37,841 bases of DNA from a virus (taxonomy: Duplodnaviria > Caudoviricetes): the IMG/VR virus record IMGVR_UViG_3300042974_000004; one strand, written 5' to 3'. Shown here in pieces: positions 1 through 8,048 of this stretch (within the stretch, counting starts at the first letter, position 1; each line of letters begins with the position of its first letter). The notes beneath the pieces were generated by a model, which was not told the origin of the DNA, ran no database searches, and saw only the letters and a list, made by a program, of their open reading frames with translations. Position numbers and translations under genes: made by a program.

Positions 1-1095
1 TCAAAAAATATTGTTTATAATATTTTGAGCCTTATGCATCATATCTTTTGTAACATGGGAATAGGTATGCATGGTTTGTTCTACATCATGGCCAAGTAAT
101 TTAGCTGCTGTTAGCCAGTCAGTGCCATCTGCAATTAATAGAGTAGCATAAGTGTGTCTAAGCTCATGTATAGTAAGATCAAATCCCACTTTTTTGAAAT
201 AGTTCTTTAGCATCTGGCTTAACCCTTGAATTTCTTTATAGGCTATAACTCTATTGTCTATATTTATAGGGTGTGAATTTTTAAAATCTAATAGATATTT
301 TATAGTTGTTTTAGACATGGGAATTGTTCTATAGGAGTTTTTACTTTTAAGTTCACCGAAACCGGTTTTACGTGGCCCTATATTTTTCCACTGTCTGTCT
401 ATTTTTATAGTTCCCTTTTTAAAATCAATACGATCCCAGGTTAATCCTAATATTTCGCCGACACGCATCCCACAAGCCCCGGCAAGAATAAACATTATCT
501 TATATTTGGGATTCCTGGTGTTTGAAATTAATTTTTCAAATTCGGCTCTGGTTAGAGCCTTTTTAGTACTTGGTTTCTTGCTTATCTTTATATTGATGTT
601 ATTTACAGGGGATTGAGGTATAATTTTATAGGGATCAACTGCCGCCCTGAAGATTACTTTTATCCGGGCTAAATAGGTATCAATCGTAGAGTATTTTAAA
701 TCATTCTGTGTCATTTTGTCGACACACATTTGGATATCAAGTGGCGTCACCTCGGTTAATTTCTTGTCATACAAGGTAGTAAAATAGTTAAGAGCACTTT
801 CATATAGCAGTATAGTATTTTGCTCTCTATATAATTTTAAATGCTTTAAATACATGTCTATAAATTCTTTAAAAGTTATTTTGTCATATTCAGTGTTGAT
901 GTTATTTTTTATAGTTTCTTTTAATTGTTCCACTGCTTCCACAGCAGCATCCTTAACTTCCTGTGGAACTTTTTTCTTATCTGTTGCTTTAAATCCTTGT
1001 TTGCTTTTTTGTTTCCATCTCCCGTTATTATCTTTGTAAGATATAATATACTGCCAGCTATTGTCTTTTTTCCTGTAAGAAATGTTATATTGCAT
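1..1095 (-). CDS. int: Tyrosine recombinase / phage integrase
   Basis: Catalytic motifs GMRVGEILGL, HELRH, LGH, TYSH. Start moved to ATG 1095 (MQYNISYRKK) because a GGAGGAGG RBS precedes it. Confidence 0.95.
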   Translation of the reverse strand: MQYNISYRKKDNSWQYIISYKDNNGRWKQKSKQGFKATDKKKVPQEVKDAAVEAVEQLKETIKNNINTEYDKITFKEFIDMYLKHLKLYREQNTILLYESALNYFTTLYDKKLTEVTPLDIQMCVDKMTQNDLKYSTIDTYLARIKVIFRAAVDPYKIIPQSPVNNINIKISKKPSTKKALTRAEFEKLISNTRNPKYKIMFILAGACGMRVGEILGLTWDRIDFKKGTIKIDRQWKNIGPRKTGFGELKSKNSYRTIPMSKTTIKYLLDFKNSHPINIDNRVIAYKEIQGLSQMLKNYFKKVGFDLTIHELRHTYATLLIADGTDWLTAAKLLGHDVEQTMHTYSHVTKDMMHKAQNIINNIF

Positions 1096-1117
1096 AAATA
1101 ATCCTCCTCCTTTAATA

Positions 1118-1130
1118 AAACATATGTTCG
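1118..1130 (-). promoter_or_regulatory. Putative LexA/DinR SOS box upstream of integrase
   Basis: Minus strand reads CGAACATATGTTT, fitting the Firmicute consensus CGAACRNRYGTTY, just upstream of the int RBS. Confidence 0.6.
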
Positions 1131-1175
1131 CATACAAATTAAAAAATATATAGTACCTACATTCGTACCACCTCC

Positions 1176-1622
1176 TTAAATCCAATCAAACTTTAGTTTT
1201 AATAAATCTGATGAAACATTTTCTATGTGCGCTATTTCATCAAATGTATATCCAGCATAATCATTCAAGACATCATCTTTTATTAAAAATTCTGCGGCGA
1301 ATAAGTTAGCTTCTCTTTCTATCTTGCAAGTTAAAAACAGTGTATAACTCTTCATAAAATAGCAATTGGTCTTTTTATGCAATACAGCGTGTCCTATCTC
1401 GTGGGCCAATACAATTATTCTTTCATAGTCATTTAAACAAGAATTTAAAAATATAGTTCTGCGACGATTTAAGTACATATATGCACCTGAGTATGAACCC
1501 AAAGGAACTATTTTTAAAACAACCCCCAAACATCTGGCAAGTTCATATACATTGTTAGTTTTGTATTTTCTTATTAATGCTCTTACTATTATTTTTATTC
1601 TAGAGTGCATTTCCCCACACAT
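1176..1622 (-). CDS. ImmA/IrrE-family metallopeptidase (anti-repressor protease)
   Basis: AHEIGH zinc motif and EREANLFAAEFL; lies between repressor and integrase. True start may be ATG 1610. Confidence 0.9.
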   Translation of the reverse strand: MCGEMHSRIKIIVRALIRKYKTNNVYELARCLGVVLKIVPLGSYSGAYMYLNRRRTIFLNSCLNDYERIIVLAHEIGHAVLHKKTNCYFMKSYTLFLTCKIEREANLFAAEFLIKDDVLNDYAGYTFDEIAHIENVSSDLLKLKFDWI

Positions 1623-1631
1623 CCCCTTTTG

Positions 1632-2069
1632 TTATTTCCTGTATTTTTTAGGAGTATAAGTTTCTTTGTTTTTTACCTTTATGGTTTTTAAAGCCAGCTC
1701 AATTGCACTCCTAAATAATTCCTTATCCTCTTCCTTCATTTCTATGCCATTATAGTAAGATGGTCCTGATTCGCCTTTGTCCAATTTATCCATAATAGAA
1801 TCAACATCTTTAGATATATCTCTAAGATCCCTTTTATTTAATTCAAGCTTTTCAGCTTCTTCTTTTTTAATATTACCTAATAGATCATCCACGCTTATTT
1901 TTAGAGCAGAAGATAATTTTTCAAGAGTATTCCTTGAAGGATTTGAGATTTTTTCATTTTCAATTTCACTTATTGTGCTTTTATTTATACCCGAAAGAGT
2001 TGCAAGTTTATTAATACTCAATTTATATTTCTGTCTTAATTTTCTTAAATTTTCACTTAAATTACTCAT
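1632..2069 (-). CDS. XRE-family HTH repressor (ImmR/CI-like)
   Basis: N-terminal HTH (LSINKLATLSGINKSTISEIENEK...P...LEKLSSAL); divergent from early genes; adjacent to ImmA-like gene. Confidence 0.9.
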   Translation of the reverse strand: MSNLSENLRKLRQKYKLSINKLATLSGINKSTISEIENEKISNPSRNTLEKLSSALKISVDDLLGNIKKEEAEKLELNKRDLRDISKDVDSIMDKLDKGESGPSYYNGIEMKEEDKELFRSAIELALKTIKVKNKETYTPKKYRK

Positions 2070-2086
2070 TGTAATATTTTCCTTTC

Positions 2087-2247
2087 TGTTCGGTTTATAT
2101 TACATATTATAATACGAATGTTTGATAAAGTAAACAGCAATTCTAAGAAAATTAAAGAAAATTAAAGTATACTATAAATATTGTTCGAATTATCAAACAA
2201 TATAGTCAATATTAAGAATTGAGTGTTTGACTAATCAAACATATAAT
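2087..2247. promoter_or_regulatory. Lysis/lysogeny switch: divergent promoters with 18-bp palindromic operators
   Basis: TGTTYGA-N4-TCAAACA-like sites at 2119-2136, 2182-2199, 2224-2241 and a degenerate one at 2087-2104. Rightward TTGAGT(2219)-17-TATAAT(2242); leftward TTTACT-17-TATAAT (2134 to 2106). Confidence 0.75.
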
Positions 2248-2282
2248 ATAGGCATAGTCAAACGGAAGGAGGTTGAAAAATA

Positions 2283-2504
2283 TTGAACAACAACATAAAA
2301 GTGTTAGTCCAAAACTTGAAAGCTTCAGGAATTACAACAAGCGAAATAATTGAAAGAAGTGGTTTGAGCAGAACTCAATTTTATGCAATTTTAAATGGTG
2401 AATGTGTTCCAAAGCTTGATAATGCTAATAGGATATGTAAAGTTTTAGGAGCCAGCATTGAAGACGTATTTCCGGATTTAAAACCAGAAAAGGAGTTGAG
2501 ATAA
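2283..2504 (+). CDS. Cro-like XRE HTH regulator
   Basis: SGLSRTQFYAILNG..VPKLDNANRICKVLG HTH; TTG start with AGGAGG RBS; first early gene. Confidence 0.85.
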   Translation: MNNNIKVLVQNLKASGITTSEIIERSGLSRTQFYAILNGECVPKLDNANRICKVLGASIEDVFPDLKPEKELR

Positions 2505-2813
2505 ATGGAACAGCTTTTAACCAAGCCACAACTAGCCGAACACTGGCAGGTAACAGAAAAAGCTATAGAAAAGTGGATTAAAGATGGACTCATAACACCG
2601 TGCCAAAGAGTGCCTGGCCGTATGAGATTTTCACCAAGGTATATAGCCGAACTTGACGGAGTTAAACTTGAAAAACATTCCCCACTGGAATGGAGAAGAT
2701 TGCAGAGGGAGTTGGAATTCTGGAGGACAAAGGCCGAGAAAATGGAGGAAACTTTTAACAAGCTGGATATGGTTATAACGGAAACCAGGTATTTAAAGCA
2801 GAAAGAAGCATAG
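2505..2813 (+). CDS. Excisionase-like / MerR-type HTH DNA-binding protein
   Basis: LLTKPQLAEHWQVTEKAIEKWIKDG HTH followed by a coiled coil. Confidence 0.7.
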   Translation: MEQLLTKPQLAEHWQVTEKAIEKWIKDGLITPCQRVPGRMRFSPRYIAELDGVKLEKHSPLEWRRLQRELEFWRTKAEKMEETFNKLDMVITETRYLKQKEA

Positions 2814-2847
2814 ACCTACATAAGCAATTTTAAGGTAGGTGATTAAG

Positions 2848-2991
2848 ATGCAAGAACAGTACGACGCAATGCACGAACTCATTTTAACTATAGCAGAGAG
2901 CTTTGGTATGTCGCATGCAGATGCAGAAGTGTATGCCAGAAAGTTGAAAAACATGGCATTGGATGAATACAGAAAAGCTTTTAGAAAATAG
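2848..2991 (+). CDS. Small hypothetical protein (47 aa, MQEQYDAMHELIL...)
   Basis: Not in the ORF track; AGGTAGGTGA RBS; fills the gap in the early operon. Confidence 0.6.
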   Translation: MQEQYDAMHELILTIAESFGMSHADAEVYARKLKNMALDEYRKAFRK

Positions 2992-3008
2992 GAGGTGAAA
3001 TATAAATA

Positions 3009-3242
3009 ATGGAATTTGGAACGTCTTATTTATCAGACAAAATATATATGGGAACTAGTAAAAAGCTAAAAGATGGTACTGCAATTTGGACAAAACAGAC
3101 AGATGTAACGGACGCAGTTGTTAAAGCGGTATTTGAACACATGTATCTTGAGGCAGAAAAAACAGGTGCATATGAAATCTCAATACCTGGCTTTGGCAAA
3201 ATGGTATTTACACGAGAGGGAAAGACGGGTGATACAAAATGA
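3009..3242 (+). CDS. Hypothetical phage protein
   Basis: AGGAGGTG RBS; operon context. Confidence 0.7.
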   Translation: MEFGTSYLSDKIYMGTSKKLKDGTAIWTKQTDVTDAVVKAVFEHMYLEAEKTGAYEISIPGFGKMVFTREGKTGDTK

Positions 3243-3544
3243 TTGAACACATATTTAAATTGGAAGATGTTAAGCCAGGAGTACCAAAAGTGTACCAGTT
3301 CCCAGATAACAGTAAGGTCACAATAAATGATTTTCAACTTAAAAAAGACTGGGTTGCAGAAGTGGAGGTTACAAAATTAAAAGACCTGCCAGACACGATT
3401 TTTGTAACATTGTACAGCAAGTTTACGGAAATAGGTACTGTAGTGTCTAAAAGCTCTTACACATTGGAACTAGAGGTTGTGGATGGCGTAAAGTACTATT
3501 ATTTGGAGCCATTGAAGGAGAGTGAGATAAATAAAATTGAGTGA
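3239..3544 (+). CDS. Hypothetical phage protein
   Basis: ATGA overlap with the upstream gene. Confidence 0.65.
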   Translation: MIEHIFKLEDVKPGVPKVYQFPDNSKVTINDFQLKKDWVAEVEVTKLKDLPDTIFVTLYSKFTEIGTVVSKSSYTLELEVVDGVKYYYLEPLKESEINKIE

Positions 3545-4508
3545 TATAAAAATCAAATCTGAATTTAAAAATTTATTGCCACCACTAACAGAGGAACAGA
3601 AAACAGAGCTTGAAAAAGACATTATAAAAAATGGCTGCCTTACTCCATTGGTAGTATGGAACAACATTTTAATAGATGGACATCACCGTTATGATATTTG
3701 CACTAAAAATGGCATACCGTTTGATCTAACAGAAATGGAATTCAAGGGCAAGCTGGAAGCTATGGAGTGGATTTGGAGTAATCAGAAGAACAGAAGAAAT
3801 CTTAATAAATATGAACTTGCTCAAATAGCGCTTAAATTCAAACCTGTAATAGAAGCTAAAGCAAAGGAAAATCTCAAAACATCAACTGGCGGTAAAAATC
3901 CTCGGCCTTGTCAGAAATCTGACAACCCTGCAATAGATACTAAAAAAGAACTTGCAAAAATAGCTGGGGTAAGTCATGACACAATCCACAAAGTTGAGGT
4001 TATAGAAAATCAAGCTCCGGAGGATATTAAAAAGCAGGTAAAGGCTGGAGATTTGACAATCAATAATGCATATATTCTCACTAAATCGGCTGTAGAAGCC
4101 AAAAAGAAAAATGAGGAACAAGAAAAACTTTATAAAGAGCAACTTGAAAAAGAGGAGCAGGAACAGGAAAAAAGGAAAAAACAGGAGGAACTTGAAAAAT
4201 CATTACCTGAAAACGCAGTCCTGATTGATAAGTTTAGGAAACCAAAAGAAACCCACATTTTCGGAATAACTGATTTCAATAATCTAAGTGAAGAACAACT
4301 TGGCGATTGTATAAAACACTCAAAAAAATATGAAGACGCAATATCTAAAGTAGCACTTTTAAGTACAAGCAATGATTCACTGAAAGCGTGGAGTTGTATA
4401 GCAAATACGACAGAACTTATTGACATAGAACTATCAGAGTTAAGTCTTGCTATCAAGAATTTAATAACGATCCAAAATTATTTTAAGGGGGTAAAAAAAG
4501 ATGGGTAA
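3537..4508 (+). CDS. ParB/Sulfiredoxin-like N-terminal domain protein with HTH and coiled coil
   Basis: LLPPLTEE..LEKDIIKNG..PLVVW..ILIDGHHRY, NQKNRRNL, and a ELAKIAGVSHDTI HTH. Confidence 0.75.
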   Translation: MSDIKIKSEFKNLLPPLTEEQKTELEKDIIKNGCLTPLVVWNNILIDGHHRYDICTKNGIPFDLTEMEFKGKLEAMEWIWSNQKNRRNLNKYELAQIALKFKPVIEAKAKENLKTSTGGKNPRPCQKSDNPAIDTKKELAKIAGVSHDTIHKVEVIENQAPEDIKKQVKAGDLTINNAYILTKSAVEAKKKNEEQEKLYKEQLEKEEQEQEKRKKQEELEKSLPENAVLIDKFRKPKETHIFGITDFNNLSEEQLGDCIKHSKKYEDAISKVALLSTSNDSLKAWSCIANTTELIDIELSELSLAIKNLITIQNYFKGVKKDG

Positions 4509-4926
4509 CTACAGCAGTCTTGAGAAAAAAGCAAGAGAAGCCATATTGGAACAAATGGACGAGCTTGGAGAAATAACAACAGATGCCGTAATGGAGCTTA
4601 TAAGACCACACTATATCTTTGATATTCGTAAACTTAGAAATCAGGCTCTTAGACGTACCGCAAACAGTTTAATGCGAAGATATAAGGATGATAAGGGAAT
4701 AAGGACATGTTTCAACTATAAGGATGATGGCGTTTCTAAATATGTGAATGTAGATAAAACTAAAAATTTAAAAGCTCTTGAGAATATAGAAGCTCAGTTA
4801 AATAAGAAATACAAAGGGTTAAATGCATCCAAGAAAAAAGTGGCTTTAAGAAAACAAGTACTATCCGGCCAGATATCTATAGAAGACATTGAAACAGAGA
4901 AGGAAAGGGGCACTGGAAGTGATTAA
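4501..4926 (+). CDS. Hypothetical basic protein overlapping the ParB-like gene
   Basis: 8-nt overlap; AAGGGGGT RBS. Confidence 0.7.
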   Translation: MGNYSSLEKKAREAILEQMDELGEITTDAVMELIRPHYIFDIRKLRNQALRRTANSLMRRYKDDKGIRTCFNYKDDGVSKYVNVDKTKNLKALENIEAQLNKKYKGLNASKKKVALRKQVLSGQISIEDIETEKERGTGSD

Positions 4927-5143
4927 AATTATAACGCCCGAACGGGCAGACAGCATAATCGAAACCAGGAAGCCTTATGGCAGATTTATCGTGTTGGAGA
5001 AAGGTTGGTTTGTTGGTATAGACAACACCGCAGGAGAAGCATGGACAGAAGATTTTAAGCACCTTAAGAATTGCCTGGCATATCTGCATGGAGCACCGTT
5101 GGAAGATTGTTTGGAACTAGAATGGGGTGAAAATAATGTCTAG
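4919..5143 (+). CDS. Hypothetical phage protein
   Basis: GTG start overlapping the upstream stop; FVGIDNTAGEAWTEDF segment. Confidence 0.65.
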   Translation: MIKIITPERADSIIETRKPYGRFIVLEKGWFVGIDNTAGEAWTEDFKHLKNCLAYLHGAPLEDCLELEWGENNV

Positions 5144-5345
5144 CGGCTGGAGTTGCTCATGTGCTGGTAGCAGAAAAGAGAAAATGAAAAATTGGAGAGT
5201 TGTTGTCCGCAATGGTAACTACTCAGAGTTTGAAAGTCCTAAGGGAGCATTTCACCCCAGTAAATATTCATCTGTAAGATGTTTGAAATGCGGTAGCATA
5301 TGGAGAACTAAGGCAAATTACGTTAATGAATTAGAAGATATTTGA
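5136..5345 (+). CDS. Small putative zinc-binding protein
   Basis: CxC...CxxC (CLKCGSIWRT); GGGGTG RBS. Confidence 0.6.
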   Translation: MSSGWSCSCAGSRKEKMKNWRVVVRNGNYSEFESPKGAFHPSKYSSVRCLKCGSIWRTKANYVNELEDI

Positions 5346-5360
5346 AAGGTAGATGATTAA

Positions 5361-5546
5361 ATGACTGATTTTTGGTACAGGCAGCCAATACAAAGCAAAG
5401 AGTTTAAGGAGGGATTGAAGCAGGAAAAGCTATTCAGGCTGTATATGTTATTAGCTAGTTTAATTAAGGAAGAAAGAGAAGGACAGAAGGTTAAAAGTAG
5501 AATAAATGCTGTTAGGAGAGAAATTGGAAGGAGGAAAGGAAGTTGA
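5361..5546 (+). CDS. Hypothetical protein
   Basis: AAGGT RBS; operon context. Confidence 0.6.
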   Translation: MTDFWYRQPIQSKEFKEGLKQEKLFRLYMLLASLIKEEREGQKVKSRINAVRREIGRRKGS

Positions 5547-5809
5547 AGGAAAATTGGTATGCACTTATCTTAGCTGTGGAAAAGGGTATTTCCTGTGAAA
5601 AAGCACTTGTAAAAATGGGTGTAAGTAGTGAACCTCACGTGCGTCGCACGCACAGGGAAGTACAGCAGAAAACCAAAGAAATGTTAGAACTTAGAAAGAA
5701 AGGCTATACAGTAAGGCAAATTGCAGAAATTTACAAACTTAGTTATTGGACTGCGAGAAGCAGAATCAAACGAGCTAAAGGAAAGGAAGTGAGAATATGT
5801 CGCAATTAG
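5543..5809 (+). CDS. HTH DNA-binding protein
   Basis: MLELRKKGYTVRQIAEIYKLSYWTARSRI C-terminal HTH; TTGA overlap. Confidence 0.7.
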   Translation: MKENWYALILAVEKGISCEKALVKMGVSSEPHVRRTHREVQQKTKEMLELRKKGYTVRQIAEIYKLSYWTARSRIKRAKGKEVRICRN

Positions 5810-5961
5810 GAGCTGAAGTTTTAGGAGTCTACAGTCTGATAGCTGTAATTGTACTAGCTATATACCATGCAATTAGATATACAAGAGAGGACAGCATAGA
5901 AAATCAGTTAACTATAGTTGTCTTGGTACCTGTAATTATATTTCTAACAAATGTTATTTGA
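5797..5961 (+). CDS. Small two-TM membrane protein (54 aa, MSQLGAEVLGVYSLIAVIVLAI...)
   Basis: Not in the ORF track; AAGGAAGTG RBS; two hydrophobic stretches. Confidence 0.55.
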   Translation: MSQLGAEVLGVYSLIAVIVLAIYHAIRYTREDSIENQLTIVVLVPVIIFLTNVI

Positions 5962-5974
5962 AGGAGGAAGATGG

Positions 5975-6154
5975 ATGATTTACTGCACAGTTGGTAAATG
6001 CCCTATAGATCTTAAAGAGCCTATATGCTGTATTTACTGCAACAAAAACAAGAACTGCCCCAATGCTTGTAAAAGTACAAGCAGAGAATGTCGATTAAGT
6101 TTTGAGAATAGAAAAAGAACCCTTTGCAGAGGGTCCAAAAACAAAATTAACTAA
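5975..6154 (+). CDS. Cysteine-rich small protein
   Basis: AGGAGG RBS before ATG 5975; CCIYC..CPNAC..C pattern. Confidence 0.65.
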   Translation: MIYCTVGKCPIDLKEPICCIYCNKNKNCPNACKSTSRECRLSFENRKRTLCRGSKNKIN

Positions 6155-6203
6155 TTCCACTTTACTATAGAGTGGGAAATAAGTCAAATATGGAGGAATT
6201 AAA

Positions 6204-6539
6204 ATGGAACAAAATCATGTTGTTATAGACCTGGACACATTTTCAAACTTACAGAAAGAAGCTGACGAATTAGAAAAACTTAAAAAGGAAAATTTAATAC
6301 TCCCTAAGGATGTTTTTACAATGAAGAGAGACTTTAGAGACAAAGTTAACTTAGCAATTAATGGAACAATTGCTCTAAATATAGCGAGAGAGCTTTTAAG
6401 CAATAGCGAATTTAAGGATAGTCATATAGAAGATTTTGAAGAAAAGGATATCGAGGACAGGCTATTAGAAATAGGAGAATTTTCACTGATTTTTATAAAC
6501 AAGAACGAGAAAACCGAGAAAGCTGAAGAAGATGAGTAA
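6204..6539 (+). CDS. Hypothetical acidic protein
   Basis: GGAGG RBS. Confidence 0.7.
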   Translation: MEQNHVVIDLDTFSNLQKEADELEKLKKENLILPKDVFTMKRDFRDKVNLAINGTIALNIARELLSNSEFKDSHIEDFEEKDIEDRLLEIGEFSLIFINKNEKTEKAEEDE

Positions 6540-6723
6540 GGTTATAAAGGAGATAAACACACCGTTCAAGGGACTGCTTGCCACTCTTAATAGTTTGCTA
6601 GAGGTATTAAACAAGCTGGATTATAGAATCTATGACGCTAATGATTCAGACTATTATATTTTAGCAATTTCATATAACGACAAGGAAGACAGATTGGAAA
6701 CTATTTGGGGAGAGGATAAATAG
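6532..6723 (+). CDS. Hypothetical protein
   Basis: Overlaps the upstream stop. Confidence 0.55.
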   Translation: MSKVIKEINTPFKGLLATLNSLLEVLNKLDYRIYDANDSDYYILAISYNDKEDRLETIWGEDK

Positions 6724-6852
6724 ATGGAGAATTTTAAATTCAAGATACTTGAAATTAAACAAAACCCTGACGTAACAACTATAAAAGCTGCATTAAGGCA
6801 GAGTTATTTAAGACAATTGGAAAATGAATTAGAGCCTGGAGAAATAATTTAG
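6724..6852 (+). CDS. Small hypothetical protein (42 aa, MENFKFKILEIK...)
   Basis: Not in the ORF track; GAGGA RBS; directly abuts the upstream stop. Confidence 0.5.
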   Translation: MENFKFKILEIKQNPDVTTIKAALRQSYLRQLENELEPGEII

Positions 6853-6862
6853 GAGGGATAAT

Positions 6863-7654
6863 ATGGCAGATAAAAAAATGGTGGTTTTAAATGAAAGCCA
6901 CACAATGTTAAATAAATTGCTTGAGACAAAACAGGAGGCGCTTCCAAAGGATTTTAACAAGGCAAGATTTTTACAGAATTGCATGACCGTTCTACAGGAC
7001 ACCGAGGGAATTGAACAATGTCAGCCGATTAGTGTAGCAAGGACAATGCTCAAAGGTGCATTTCTGGGGCTGGATTTCTTCAACAGGGAATGTTATGCAA
7101 TACCGTATAGTGGAAGCTTGCAGTTTCAGACTGACTATAAAGGCGAAATTAAATTAGCTAAGAAATATAGTTTCAATCCTATAAAGGACATATACGCAAA
7201 GATTGTCCGCGAGGGTGATGATTTTCAAGAAAGCATTGAAGATGGAAGGCAGACAATCAACTTCAAACCGTTGCCGTTTAATAATGGTGAGATTATAGGG
7301 GCGTTTGCGGTATGTCTCTTCCAAGATGGCAGTATGCTTTATGAAACCATGACAAGGCAGGAAATAGAAGGTATACGAAACAATTTTTCCAAGGCAAAAA
7401 ACAGCCCGGCATGGGTGAAAACCCCGGGAGAAATGTACAAAAAGACAGTGCTCCGAAGGCTGTGCAAATTAATTGAACTTGACTTTGACAGCGTCGAAAC
7501 CAAAAAAGTCTACAATGAGACATCTGATTTTGAGTTTGAAAATCAAGAACACGAGGTTTCAAATTTTGATAAAGATGATAGCAATATCATTGAAGCTGAT
7601 GCAGAGGTTCAGGAAGATACTTCGGAGGTAGGTGAAGACATTGAGAAAGATTAA
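6863..7654 (+). CDS. recT: RecT-family single-strand annealing recombinase
   Basis: GAFLGLDF..ECYAIPY...FQTDYKG, SPAW...PGEMYKKTVLRRLCK; acidic tail. Confidence 0.92.
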   Translation: MADKKMVVLNESHTMLNKLLETKQEALPKDFNKARFLQNCMTVLQDTEGIEQCQPISVARTMLKGAFLGLDFFNRECYAIPYSGSLQFQTDYKGEIKLAKKYSFNPIKDIYAKIVREGDDFQESIEDGRQTINFKPLPFNNGEIIGAFAVCLFQDGSMLYETMTRQEIEGIRNNFSKAKNSPAWVKTPGEMYKKTVLRRLCKLIELDFDSVETKKVYNETSDFEFENQEHEVSNFDKDDSNIIEADAEVQEDTSEVGEDIEKD

Positions 7655-8048
7655 GTTTAGGGCTTATATTAAAAAACTTGGAAAGATAGTGAATGTGGAA
7701 GAAATCAATTTTAGTAATGAAACAATAGGAGTAAAAGTACCTGGTGAAGGGTATTTACTTGTATATAACTTTAAAGATTTTGAGCTTATGCAATACACAG
7801 GCTTGAAAGACAAAAACGGCGTTGAAGTGTACGAGGGTGACATTTTGAAATTATTTTACGGGAAGGAAAATACGCCGCTTACAACAACCAAGGTATTTTT
7901 TAATAAAGAAGGGTATTGGGATTCAAAAAATCTGTCAGAGCAACATCCTGTCAGAGCATGCTATGGCGGATTTAATAAATGTGAGGTTATAGGCAATATT
8001 TATGAGAATCCAGAACTTTTAGAAGGTGAAGAAAATGCCAGTAACTAA
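7641..8048 (+). CDS. YopX-family protein
   Basis: RKIKFRA, LMQYTGLKDKNGVEVYEGDI, EVIGNIYENPELL. Confidence 0.92.
   Translation: MRKIKFRAYIKKLGKIVNVEEINFSNETIGVKVPGEGYLLVYNFKDFELMQYTGLKDKNGVEVYEGDILKLFYGKENTPLTTTKVFFNKEGYWDSKNLSEQHPVRACYGGFNKCEVIGNIYENPELLEGEENASN

Noticed and set aside
1096-1185. 30-aa N-terminal extension of the integrase in the ORF track
   Set aside because: It overlaps immA, lacks an RBS and covers regulatory sequence; a strong RBS precedes ATG 1095.
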